This document shows positions 17,045-26,773 of a DNA stretch of 64,000 bases, piece after piece. Under the pieces are notes generated by a model. It did no database searches, was not told the DNA's origin, and saw only the letters and a list, made by a program, of their open reading frames with translations. Every line of letters starts with the position of its first letter. Positions within the stretch are counted from its first letter, which is position 1. Made by a program: the position numbers and the translations under genes. Origin of the DNA: Candidatus Omnitrophota bacterium (GTDB taxonomy: Bacteria > Omnitrophota > Gorgyraeia > B26-G9 > JBDRCZ01); assembly GCA_043821285.1 (NCBI GenBank), contig JBDRCZ010000029.1, forward strand, positions 14,959 through 78,958, read 5' to 3'.

Positions 17045-18271
17045 TTATGCGTTGATAAATATTTCTCTGATGACTAAACTTGCTGCCCCCAAGGCCACGG
17101 CATTTTCACCAAGACGCGAAGGAACAATTTTAACCATGCTCGCCGGTTCTTCAAATGCCATCCTTCTTACCATCCGTCTAATCGGCTCAAGTAAGAGATC
17201 CCCGGCCTGCTCCATCCCCCCGCCAATAACAACTATTTCCGGATTAAATAAGTTGATGAGATACGCCGTCCTGATCCCTAAGTTAAGTCCGGCTTCATCA
17301 ATAATCTCACTGGCGAGTTTATCGCCCTGACGCGCGGCTTCAATAACAACACTACCGTTAATTTTATCTAAGTTATTGCCAACAAGTTCACGGATTTTTG
17401 ACTCCTGATCGCCTTTAGAAAGCCTCTTGCGTGCTTCATCACTAATCCCTAAATCCACCCCCCAAGGTTTAAATAACCCCTCCAGACCTTTGGACCAGGC
17501 TGCATCCTTATTCGTATCTCCGGTAGAATTTAGCTGCAGTTCCCCGGCACTTCCGCCCGCACCGCAATAAATCTCTCCTTTAATAATAATCCCGCAGCCA
17601 ACATCTGAATACATATAAAGTATGTTTTCGATTTCTGCATCTAAGCCGATACGTTTCTCGCCAAACGCCGCCACCGTGGCATCATTGCCAATAAATGTCG
17701 GTATACCAAATTCTCTCTCAATCAATGCCTTAATCGAGGCATAACTTGCTGCGGTTTTTCCGCGTTTGGAATCAGTATCCCGGACCGTACCGGCCTTAGC
17801 ATCAATAACTCCGCACAGGCCAATACCCAGCCCTTTTATCTTCTTTGCCTCAACCTGAAATTTTTCCATGACCTCATAGACAAGTTCTATTGCCTTTGTT
17901 ACTACCTCCTCCATTGAGTCCTTTGGACGCGGCTTTTTAATCTTAATTATCATGTTTAAGGACAAATCCGTAAGTACCGCAATAAGATGCTGCGGGCCAA
18001 TATCAATGCCAATAACAAAACAGTTCTTTGAGTTTAGCTCGACTAAGGTCGGTTTACGTCCACCACTGGACACATCCAGCCCTTTTTCAATAATTAAGTC
18101 TTTTTTAATAAAATTATTCGCATAATTGGAAACCGTAACAATATTATACTTGGTAATGCGTGAAATTTCGGTCCGGGTAACCGGGCCATAACGTCTAATC
18201 ACCTCTAAAATATCTAAATTCTTCCTCTCCCGGTCCGACAATACCTGATCCTTGAATAACGCCTGCCGCAT
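17045..18271 (-). CDS. ROK family transcriptional regulator (NagC/XylR-like)
   Basis: N-terminal HTH (TRTEISR..., SSGGRKP), GIDIG, GNDA, GxAGEL, NPEIVVIGGG. Start set at ATG 18271 after GAGGAGG. Confidence 0.92.
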   Translation of the reverse strand: MRQALFKDQVLSDRERKNLDILEVIRRYGPVTRTEISRITKYNIVTVSNYANNFIKKDLIIEKGLDVSSGGRKPTLVELNSKNCFVIGIDIGPQHLIAVLTDLSLNMIIKIKKPRPKDSMEEVVTKAIELVYEVMEKFQVEAKKIKGLGIGLCGVIDAKAGTVRDTDSKRGKTAASYASIKALIEREFGIPTFIGNDATVAAFGEKRIGLDAEIENILYMYSDVGCGIIIKGEIYCGAGGSAGELQLNSTGDTNKDAAWSKGLEGLFKPWGVDLGISDEARKRLSKGDQESKIRELVGNNLDKINGSVVIEAARQGDKLASEIIDEAGLNLGIRTAYLINLFNPEIVVIGGGMEQAGDLLLEPIRRMVRRMAFEEPASMVKIVPSRLGENAVALGAASLVIREIFINA

Positions 18272-18543
18272 ATTTCCCCTCCTCAATGAGCCCGCCAAAA
18301 AACATGGCGGGCGAATTGATCCCGCAGCTTAAGGAGAAATTGTCGAAGAGAATTTCCCCTTGTCTAAGCAAGGGATCTTATTAAGATTATTCCTTAAATG
18401 AGCAGACAATTTACGGAGTGTCAGCTCCGTAAATTGCAGGACTACGTCCGTCTGCAAATTTAATTCCTGCCCGCCAATCCTTGTGGCGGGCGCCAATTCC
18501 ACCACAAAGCGCTGACGGATCTTCATCTTTGTGGCGGATAAGC

Positions 18544-18566
18544 TTATTTTTGCGCAGCAAAAATAA
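18544..18566. promoter_or_regulatory. Putative ROK-repressor operator
   Basis: 23-bp palindrome TTATTTTTGCgcaGCAAAAATAA with TT-N9-AA core as in NagC/Mlc sites, downstream of the ROK promoter. Confidence 0.55.
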
Positions 18567-18618
18567 AAATTAATTCTTTTTAAAAGATACTTTTTAAATT
18601 TTTTTAACTTGTGTAATT

Positions 18619-18648
18619 ATGATAACACAATTATAAATTAGTTGTCAA
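18619..18648 (-). promoter_or_regulatory. sigma70-type promoter for the ROK gene
   Basis: TTGACA-18 nt-TATCAT. Confidence 0.6.
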
Positions 18649-18692
18649 GCGTTATCCGTACAAAATATAATAGTTGTACTTCTTTCACTCGC

Positions 18693-18840
18693 AATAAAAA
18701 AATTCCTTCGGAATCTTTTTATCCATTTAAAAACCTTTCGTGTTAAAACCTTCCCTTAACAATGAATTAAATATACCAATCTATACCCCAATTCCCTTGT
18801 TATCCACAGATTGAAAATTTTATTGTTTCCTATACGTAAA
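18693..18840. repeat. ~145-bp dispersed repeat, copy 2
   Basis: Near-identical to 16810-16958. Confidence 0.92.
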
Positions 18841-18944
18841 TAAAAATAGATGTCCGCCTTCTCTAATAAACCTGCATCCATGAGAACTGATATATCTAAG
18901 CAATTCTTTCCTTTTCATATACTTATTTGCTCTTCTTGAAAATT
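18820..18944 (-). pseudogene. hicA: hicA toxin 5' fragment, with last codons of an upstream (hicB-like) gene
   Basis: ATG 18918 gives MKRKELLRYISSHGCRFIREGGH, then runs into the repeat and stops at 18820. An upstream frame ...QEEQISI* overlaps it by ATGA. Confidence 0.7.
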
Positions 18945-19372
18945 AGCCCCGGGAGAAAATATCAACAGGCTCTGTTAAAAAACAATGTACCAACTTAAAT
19001 TAGTATAAAACATATTTACTGCAATATTGTTTAATTGATATTCTGACGGAGCAAACAGGATAAAAAAAGACCGCGAGCAGAAAAAAATGACGAATGAAGA
19101 ACGCCAAAAGTAAAAACGCAAAAGAATAAAATTATCACACAAATCACACGAATTACACGAATAAATTAGTAATGAGTATTACGCATAAAAAATAAATAAA
19201 AAATTTTACCACAGAAAAAATACAAAACCAGGCAGGATTAACGGGATAACCCTGATAAAAGGTAATCAGGATAATCATGTAAATCCTGTCAAAAAAATAT
19301 TTATTTGAATTTATTTGTACTTTTTGCATTTTCGCTTGCATTTAGCAGCACTATATGGTATCCTCGAGATGT

Positions 19373-20521
19373 ATGGTAAATAGAACCTTTTGGCAAAAGC
19401 AGATTGAAGCATTATGGAAAGAAAAATCTATCATCTGGCTCTCCGGCATCCGTAGAGCAGGAAAGACCTTTCTTTCTAAAAGTCTTCCGAATATCGAATA
19501 TTTTGACTGCGAATTACCCCGAACTCGCAGAATGTTAGAAGACCCTGAAGGATTTTTGGAAACGTTTAAAGAGAAACGCATTATTCTTGATGAAATTCAT
19601 CGTCTTAAGAATCCTTCAGAACTTCTAAAAATTGCTGCTGACTATTATCCTTCTATACAAGTACTGGCAACCGGCTCCTCTACTTTAGGGGCATCAAGAA
19701 AATTTAAGGACACCCTTACCGGCAGAAAACGCTCCCTTTGGCTAACACCAATGAATCTCAACGACCTCGCTGATTTTAATAATATAAATTTATCTCACCG
19801 CTTTTTACACGGAGGGCTCCCCCCGTTTTTTATGGCGCAAAAATTGCCGGAAAAAGATTTCCAAGAATGGATTGACGCTTACTGGGCAAAAGACATCCAA
19901 GAATTATTTCGCTTGGAACGCCGTTATTCCTTCCAAAGATTTTTTGAACTGCTTATGGCTCAAAGCGGCGGCATTTTTGAGGCTACAAGATTTGCAAAAT
20001 TGTGTGAAGTAAGCCGTACAACAATAACTAATTACCTTAAAGTACTCGAAGCAACCTTTGTTGCTCATGTGATCCGCCCATTCAGTTCCCACCGTCCAAC
20101 AGAAATTGTTTTAGCACCGAAGATCTACGGTTTTGATACTGGGTTCGTCTGTTACCACCGTGGTATAACCACATTGCGTTCTGAAGACATGGGACTCCTC
20201 TGGGAACATATTGTATTAAATGAACTTCAGGCAGAATTACAAACACGCAATATTTACTATTGGCGTGATAAACGCGGTCACGAGCTTGATTTTATTCTTA
20301 TACAAAAAAATAAAATTCCCCTGGCGATTGAATGTAAAAGCACATTAGCAGAAAACAGTATTCGAACACGAAACATCCAAGCCTTCTTAACCCAATACCC
20401 ACAAGCAAAAATATTTTATGTCTGTCCTGACGTCAAACGAGTCTATCAGATAAAACTAAAAACCACAAAAATCACAGTAACCAATCTTCCAACACTGCTC
20501 AAAGCACTAAACAACGCATAA
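19373..20521 (+). CDS. AAA_14-type ATP-binding protein with C-terminal DUF4143 (PD-(D/E)xK-like) domain
   Basis: GIRRAGKT, ILDEIH, ATGSS, LTGR, GGLP, PKIYGFDTG, YYWRDKRGHELDFI, IECK. Start 19373 preferred because TTGCAT-17-TATCCT overlaps ATG 19355. Confidence 0.88.
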   Translation: MVNRTFWQKQIEALWKEKSIIWLSGIRRAGKTFLSKSLPNIEYFDCELPRTRRMLEDPEGFLETFKEKRIILDEIHRLKNPSELLKIAADYYPSIQVLATGSSTLGASRKFKDTLTGRKRSLWLTPMNLNDLADFNNINLSHRFLHGGLPPFFMAQKLPEKDFQEWIDAYWAKDIQELFRLERRYSFQRFFELLMAQSGGIFEATRFAKLCEVSRTTITNYLKVLEATFVAHVIRPFSSHRPTEIVLAPKIYGFDTGFVCYHRGITTLRSEDMGLLWEHIVLNELQAELQTRNIYYWRDKRGHELDFILIQKNKIPLAIECKSTLAENSIRTRNIQAFLTQYPQAKIFYVCPDVKRVYQIKLKTTKITVTNLPTLLKALNNA

Positions 20522-20524
20522 TAA

Positions 20525-20692
20525 GTTTTATTTATAGAAAAATCAATTAAATTAGATAATTACTACATACCAACAAGACATCCTGATGCCTTACCGGGCA
20601 TATTACCAGAAGGGCTGCCCGGCAAAGATGATGCCGAGGAGGCAATATCGATTTTAGAAGAAGTAAAAGTTTTTGTGAGCAAAATTCGTTAG
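20525..20692 (+). pseudogene. HEPN-domain protein C-terminal fragment
   Basis: LDNYYIPTRHPDALPGILPEGLPGKDDAEEAISILEEV...*; no start codon, in-frame stop at 20522. Confidence 0.78.
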
Positions 20693-20709
20693 TCAATTAT
20701 TCATGTAAA

Positions 20710-21804
20710 TTATCGATTCTTTAATATCCATTTTTTCCAAAATGGATCCTCGAGTTCAATCTTCCCGCCATTTATTTTTATTAACGTCCCTAAGGCAATT
20801 AATTTACTTACCACGCTGCCCGCGGTACTCGCTGACTTGATCCCATATTTTCTTATAAATTCCTGTGCCGTAGGATGAGAATTACCTGAAACAATCCCAA
20901 TAATAACCTTTCGTTCAGTATTAGTCAAACTGTTCCACCATCTCGAATAATCTGCATGATGTTCTGTTATAATTTGGTCAATAGCCTTATTTATTACCCC
21001 CTTTGTTAAAATCATTTTTTCACTTAGTATGTAGATCTCATGGCACAATTGCTGAGTATAATAAGGGTGGCAATTAGTAAAGCTTAGAATATCGTTTACA
21101 ATTTCACGAGCATCTATTTTTTGCGAAGAAAATCTTTTTATGACAAACTCTAAAAATTCCGCCTTAGGAATTTTATCCAAGTTAATATGACGGCCAAATT
21201 TATAGAAAGGGTTCTTTTTGTTTTGAAATATTTCCCGAATCATGCTCTCTTGACTTCCGATGAAAATATATGTTATGTTTTGATGATATTGAAATACCCC
21301 GCGCATCTTTCGCTCAAGCATCGGAGAAATCCGGCGTATTTCCTGAAATTCATCAAAAACAATTACAATCTGTTTTTTTATGTTTCTGGCAATCGTTTCC
21401 GGAAGTTGAAGGCTATCTGAGAGAAGAGCAGCAATGTTTCTTTTCTCTGTACTGAAGGACACGGAGATTTCATTCGTTTTTGGCTGAATCTGAATATAGG
21501 GCTGTATCTTTAGGCTGGTTAGGTAATGTTTTATCTTTTCAAACTTACTTAATGATAAGGCATTTCGAACATAATAATTAGCCAAGTCTACCTCATCGGC
21601 AATCAACTCCATATTAATCCTGAACCATTTCATCCCGCTGGCTTTCATTGCTTCATTTATAAGACTGCTTTTACCATAGCGGCGTGGGCTCATAAGCACA
21701 ATATGCTGGCCCGCCTTTAGCTCCGCAGCTATTTCTTTTATTTCTTTATCACGATTGGTGAAGTATGCCCCTGTTACGACATTACCAAATCTAAAGGGAT
21801 TCAT
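20710..21804 (-). CDS. AAA+ ATPase (archaeal-type ATPase family) with probable C-terminal wHTH
   Basis: NPFRFG, FTNRDKE, SPRRYGKSSL, VFDEFQEI, FIGS, HPYYTQ, DPFWKKWI. Confidence 0.88.
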   Translation of the reverse strand: MNPFRFGNVVTGAYFTNRDKEIKEIAAELKAGQHIVLMSPRRYGKSSLINEAMKASGMKWFRINMELIADEVDLANYYVRNALSLSKFEKIKHYLTSLKIQPYIQIQPKTNEISVSFSTEKRNIAALLSDSLQLPETIARNIKKQIVIVFDEFQEIRRISPMLERKMRGVFQYHQNITYIFIGSQESMIREIFQNKKNPFYKFGRHINLDKIPKAEFLEFVIKRFSSQKIDAREIVNDILSFTNCHPYYTQQLCHEIYILSEKMILTKGVINKAIDQIITEHHADYSRWWNSLTNTERKVIIGIVSGNSHPTAQEFIRKYGIKSASTAGSVVSKLIALGTLIKINGGKIELEDPFWKKWILKNR

Positions 21805-21839
21805 TTTAAGCCTCCTGTTTTATCATTACGTTAAATCTC

Positions 21840-21880
21840 GTTACGAAAAATATCGTAACACACATCTCTCAATTTGTCAA
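21840..21880 (-). promoter_or_regulatory. Promoter with overlapping palindromic operator for the ATPase gene
   Basis: TTGACA-17-TACGAT; GTTACGA-N6-TCGTAAC at 21840-21859. Confidence 0.6.
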
Positions 21881-21999
21881 CGCAATAATATATTCGCGTA
21901 AGTGTTTAAGTTTCACATGAGTAATCAAACAGGATTAACCCCGAAAGAAAATATCAACCGGTTTTGTTACAAAAAAAATGTGCACTTATTGCTGTCTCT

Positions 22000-22212
22000 T
22001 CATGCATTCAAGGCAAGTTTATGTGCCTTTTGTTCAACTGTGTAAATTAAATCTTGAATGGTATCTACTTCTTGCTCTTCAAAATATGCTTCCCCACACT
22101 GTTCACATATCCAAGCAGGAACACTATCGAAGGTTACGTGACAGCCATTTTTATCAATATGAAGCGGCGTAATTCCTTGTTTCATGATACCATGGCAATG
22201 AATACATTTCAT
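22000..22212 (-). CDS. YgiT-type zinc finger protein (MqsA N-terminal-like)
   Basis: MKCIHCHG...VPAWICEQCGEAYF. Confidence 0.88.
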   Translation of the reverse strand: MKCIHCHGIMKQGITPLHIDKNGCHVTFDSVPAWICEQCGEAYFEEQEVDTIQDLIYTVEQKAHKLALNA

Positions 22213-22298
22213 TTTTTTATCCTCACTTTATAGTCCTCAGACCATTCCTTAGGGTCTGAGATATACGCTGTAATTATAGCAAATTTTGGCACTGCATA
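22209..22298 (-). pseudogene. DUF4258-family toxin C-terminal fragment
   Basis: AIITAYISDPKEWSEDYKVRIKK*, stop overlaps the ygiT ATG. This is the usual DUF4258-YgiT pairing; upstream in-frame stop at 22299-22301. Confidence 0.72.
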
Positions 22299-22646
22299 TC
22301 AAGTTCTTATTGCTTAAACTCTTTTAAAAACGTTGTCTTATAAACTTGCCTTGCTACAAAAATAATATCTATTTCTGGTTGGCTAATTTCTTCTTGTACT
22401 TTTTTAGAATAAGGCGGTTAATTATCATGTTGACCAACATTACCTATTCGGTAAAAAAAGTTAATATTTATTTTTCCAATCTGCTTACTTTTAGAGATTT
22501 TGGGAATGTTAGAATCGGGAATTTTGAATTTGCAATTTAAATCAGAAATTGTTAAACCCGAATATTTGCCGATAATCTTTGCTTCTGGCTGGGCTGGGTT
22601 GGGTTTTAGGGGTGAGAGTACGTGTAAAAAATATAGCGTTTGTACT

Positions 22647-25600
22647 TTATATTGCTTGGTCTATTGCGAGTACGCGTTGTCTTTGTTCGACAGTTAACAC
22701 ATGGGAAGAAGATATAATTTTGACTGGTAGTGTCCATCGCCTGATTATTACTTCTCCTTCTAAAGGCTCTTGTTCATCGCCTGCAGCCAGATCTTTTTCC
22801 CGCGAATATCCCGAATATCTATCTTCCATTGCCTCAAGAAGAGCCTCAAAATCTCTCTCACGTTCTGTTCTATTTTGTAAATACGTTAAGCTAAATACAA
22901 GCATCTCCCTAAAAGCAGGAATCTGCTCTCCTCGATCCTGTATCGCCATGTTATCAAAAAATCTGTGGATATTTTCTATGGCTGCTCTTGCCGCTTCATG
23001 TCGTCCTCGTCTACTTTTCCCCTTTTCTGCTTCATCATCTTCAAAAACTGCGTTATAATGATGCACAAATTTACGTCGCCACTTTTGTTTTTCTTCTTCC
23101 CTCCCTATTGTTGCAAAGAAAACATATGTGCTTAAATCTGCGATAAATTCTGCAATTTCCAACGCTTGCTCAAAGGAAAAAGTATCACAAAACAAATCTT
23201 CAATATTATGGCCTAATTCATGGGCAAAAACACCAAATAAGTCCCCACCCCAGCTATACTCGCGAATAATATCCCGGCGGCCTATATCAAAATCAGCGTT
23301 CGCAGTACCCCCAAAAAAACTAAATAAAACATCAAGTAAAGCAGTTTTATTCATAATTTTATTTACTATATCATGCATCTGCTCTCTACTTATCTCAATT
23401 TCCAGCTCTAAGCCCTTAAAAATAATAATCCAAGTTGCTATATAATATGCCTTTACTGTCTCATTGAGCCAAATATTATCATCTGGTAATAAATCGCTTG
23501 CCTGCATAGTACGTTTGGCATTTAATAAATTGATAGCTAAATCTAAAACTCTATCTTCCATATCCTCATCAGGTAATAAACCATATACATAAATTCTAAG
23601 TTCACCAGGAAGATCTTCATTGTCAAATATCGTCCTTACCACTTGTTCATATGAATCTCCCTCTATGATATTTTTGTCAATTTGTAAATACTTTGCGAAT
23701 CTCTCTAATACAAACCCCAGTAATTCTTTAGATTTTAATTCTCTACAAATCTCTACAAGTCTATTTAGGACAAGTATGTTACCTCTTTTAGATAAATTTT
23801 GATTGTCAATTATTTTCTTTAATAGAGTAATTGCCTCGGACTCTTCTCTTCTGGCTAACCTTACAACAATATCTATAGCTCCTTCATCGTCCCTATGATC
23901 TAAAAACCATGCTTCTAAGCCCGCAGGCATAAGCTCTCTTAACAAGCTACGGCAAAAAACTTTTGTTTCTTCAGAAGATCCAGAACTCTCTGATATGTCC
24001 ATCAAAAGCTCAACAGCACCATATTTCCCTGAAGACCTGCCCTCTGCAATTTCTTTTAAAAGATTAAGCGCTGGTTCATTTCCTTTTTCTGCCAGTTTTC
24101 TAATTTCCTGATATGCTTCACGCTTATCATTTTCAAGAGCAGGTTTTAATATATTTAGAACAAAGGGTAATAATAAAGATATCTTATCTTTTATATACGA
24201 GTTATCAGAAACAAACCCATCTTCTATAAGTTTTCTAACTACATTATATATTGCTGTATTATGTTTACTAACCGCATCATCTATTCTTACATTATCTCCT
24301 TCTCTAACTATCTCATTCATATTTAGTTCTAATACCGAGATAACAGAAGGTAAAGTTGCAACTGCTAAATCCTTAGCTTGAGCTGTGACCCGGGGGAAAT
24401 CACCTCTAACATAAGGGGCATCTCCTTGTTCTTCAAAGATAACATCTGGACTAACCGCAATATCAACAATAGTATTAATTGCCGTATGTTTTTCCCTTGA
24501 ATCTCCTAACGCTATTTCTTGCAAAATATCCAATCCTTCTTTAATGCCTCGTCTCGCTAATTGTCTTACTACGTTGCCTCCTTCATAAACACCATCTTCA
24601 AAATCAGATTTTAATGATTCTAATATTACAGGTGTCCAAGGCGCTGTAATTTCCAAATCCTCGATTAATATCGCTCTTGCCATACCATATAACATTGTTT
24701 CGATATGACTATCATCTATTGAGGATACTAATTGATAAAATCGTTCTGTTGTTTCTGTTGGGGCAGGGCTATCTTCAAGAGAAATAAAAATACTCACTAC
24801 AACCCACTGAGGTAATCTTAACTCTGCTAATCTAGACTTAAGTCTAGTAAACCATGCTGGAAAATCAGTACTACTATCTCCATTATTCGTCAGTGGAGTT
24901 AAGTTAAACAAAGGAGCAATGATGCCGTTGTACAAAGCATGCAATCCTCCACCCCAGATGAAGATTGATATTTCCGGAAAACGATGTGCGGATGCAAATA
25001 CTAAACCTGTGATAAGTGCAGCGGCAACAGATCGGTGTAGGAATTGTCTCCATGTCTGCTCGTACCATGTTAAATCTGTTTCTGTTGGTATCCCATGAGT
25101 TAAAGTTACTAACAATGCACTTATACCCACAATTATCGGTATGACAGGAATAAAACTACTAAGCCCCATAGCAATACCCGGCAGGAAAATAAGTTCAAGC
25201 CAAGGCGCAATAAAAGTTGAAAATTCCCGAGTATCTGTCCCTTGCCTGGCTCGGTCAAAAGCCACTTTCCAAGGCATCCTTAGAATTTGCGCGGGTTGTT
25301 GGATGTATGAAATATAATGATGTGCCGCAAGACTAGATGTTGCTACTAAAACAGCAGGCTTGTAAGGTAATAAAACCTTTAATATTTCACAAATAAAAGA
25401 ACCAAGCCAAATACCCCCCGCAAAAACATAAGTCCACAAGGGAAGTGTAAGATTAGCCTTTTGCCCCTTATGCCCAGTAGCAGAATTCTGATCGATAATT
25501 TCTTCTTCACTAAAATATTCCCTAAGTTCTTCTAAAGAAAGCAGATCCCCTATATCATTTATTCTTCCCAACACCCAACAATCCTCAAAATATTCCCTGT

Positions 25601-26525
25601 GTTTTTTTGAAGAAAGTACCTCTTCATTATCTTTTCCTTCAATCAGCCAATAAAACTCATTTAGTATTTCACACAGTTTTTCTTGAGCATCAGCAAGCCC
25701 CCTTATCCCCTCTGCACCAATATCTACAAAGTACACATGCGGTTTGCCATTTTTAAATCTTACCCTAAAATTCCATGCAGGAATATCCCAAAAATAAATA
25801 CCTTCTCCACTATCATCCGGCTTTGCAAGTTCATCCATTATTTTCAGAATTTGTCTCCCAACTTCTTTGTAAACTTCTTCACTCGTTACCTTGTACATGG
25901 CAGAATCCAATTCTTCTTCTCCTACAGGGGATGCACAAACGTAATATCTACCGCTGAATTCGTCTTTATCTATAAATAATTCAGGAACATGTTCCTTAAG
26001 AATTTCTGAGTGTTTTTGTCTTTCTGCAATACGTTGGGCTAAATTATAATTCTCGTTGCCTAAACGTAAGCAGTATTCTTTATGGTCTTCATCTTCGACT
26101 CTGTAAACATGTTGAAATTTATCATGATAAATAATTCTAAATATTTCACCATTTATAAAAAATACTCTATTAATTACAAATTGATTATTCTTATAATAAA
26201 CATGAAAATCAGGTAATTCTTTATTAACCCTGTATTCCTTCCTCGCAAGCCCAATTGCTTCTTCCGCTTCAACCCCTATTACAACTCCTTTATCTGTTTT
26301 ATGGCATCTTACAATCTTCGGATTTATATATTGCTGTAATATTACAGGCATTGCCTCAATAACAAGAGCAACATCCTGTCCATCAAGTGCTAACGGAGGG
26401 GCAAGGTGGGTATGCAAGCCTTTTAGGTTACCTCCAGCGGCCAAGGAGATGTCCATGCATAAAAAGGCATTCACCAATATTATCGCGATTAGTTTAAACC
26501 AAATTGTACGTGTCAAATTATTCAT
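22647..26525 (-). CDS. Large signal-peptide multidomain protein: kinase-like domain, CPBP-like TM block, HEAT-like repeats, zincin HExxH domain
   Basis: 1292 aa; YFWDIPAWN...FVDIG; APWLELIF...THG...LHALYN; VFAHELGH...AEFIAD. Confidence 0.85.
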   Translation of the reverse strand: MNNLTRTIWFKLIAIILVNAFLCMDISLAAGGNLKGLHTHLAPPLALDGQDVALVIEAMPVILQQYINPKIVRCHKTDKGVVIGVEAEEAIGLARKEYRVNKELPDFHVYYKNNQFVINRVFFINGEIFRIIYHDKFQHVYRVEDEDHKEYCLRLGNENYNLAQRIAERQKHSEILKEHVPELFIDKDEFSGRYYVCASPVGEEELDSAMYKVTSEEVYKEVGRQILKIMDELAKPDDSGEGIYFWDIPAWNFRVRFKNGKPHVYFVDIGAEGIRGLADAQEKLCEILNEFYWLIEGKDNEEVLSSKKHREYFEDCWVLGRINDIGDLLSLEELREYFSEEEIIDQNSATGHKGQKANLTLPLWTYVFAGGIWLGSFICEILKVLLPYKPAVLVATSSLAAHHYISYIQQPAQILRMPWKVAFDRARQGTDTREFSTFIAPWLELIFLPGIAMGLSSFIPVIPIIVGISALLVTLTHGIPTETDLTWYEQTWRQFLHRSVAAALITGLVFASAHRFPEISIFIWGGGLHALYNGIIAPLFNLTPLTNNGDSSTDFPAWFTRLKSRLAELRLPQWVVVSIFISLEDSPAPTETTERFYQLVSSIDDSHIETMLYGMARAILIEDLEITAPWTPVILESLKSDFEDGVYEGGNVVRQLARRGIKEGLDILQEIALGDSREKHTAINTIVDIAVSPDVIFEEQGDAPYVRGDFPRVTAQAKDLAVATLPSVISVLELNMNEIVREGDNVRIDDAVSKHNTAIYNVVRKLIEDGFVSDNSYIKDKISLLLPFVLNILKPALENDKREAYQEIRKLAEKGNEPALNLLKEIAEGRSSGKYGAVELLMDISESSGSSEETKVFCRSLLRELMPAGLEAWFLDHRDDEGAIDIVVRLARREESEAITLLKKIIDNQNLSKRGNILVLNRLVEICRELKSKELLGFVLERFAKYLQIDKNIIEGDSYEQVVRTIFDNEDLPGELRIYVYGLLPDEDMEDRVLDLAINLLNAKRTMQASDLLPDDNIWLNETVKAYYIATWIIIFKGLELEIEISREQMHDIVNKIMNKTALLDVLFSFFGGTANADFDIGRRDIIREYSWGGDLFGVFAHELGHNIEDLFCDTFSFEQALEIAEFIADLSTYVFFATIGREEEKQKWRRKFVHHYNAVFEDDEAEKGKSRRGRHEAARAAIENIHRFFDNMAIQDRGEQIPAFREMLVFSLTYLQNRTERERDFEALLEAMEDRYSGYSREKDLAAGDEQEPLEGEVIIRRWTLPVKIISSSHVLTVEQRQRVLAIDQAI

Positions 26526-26542
26526 ATGTTATGTACTATTAG

Positions 26543-26676
26543 TTAATTCCAAATGACAAATTTCAAAATCCAAATTAATCTTCAAATAACTCAATCCCAA
26601 AAATCCATGCCCGAGGCGGGTGGAGGAAAAATCAAACATCAAAATGACAATGTAAAATTCAAATATTTTTTCTTTG
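26543..26676. repeat. Left arm of long inverted repeat flanking the TA module
   Basis: Reverse-complement similarity to 27700-27860, including identical AAAATGACAATGTAAAATTCAAATATTTTTTCTTTG. Confidence 0.85.
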
Positions 26677-26773
26677 ATTTCTTTCAGTTTTTCTTCGCGA
26701 TCTTCGTGGGCTTCGTGGTTAAAACATCACATTTTTTAAGCTTGAACTATTATGACATAGCTTTGAAGTTTTT

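Noticed and set aside
16918-18808. TTATCCACA boxes as a replication origin
   Set aside because: Single boxes inside a dispersed repeat; no box cluster and no dnaA/dnaN nearby.
22346-22540. Possible further toxin fragment (...YRIGNVGQHDN*) on the minus strand
   Set aside because: Similarity too short to call without a search.
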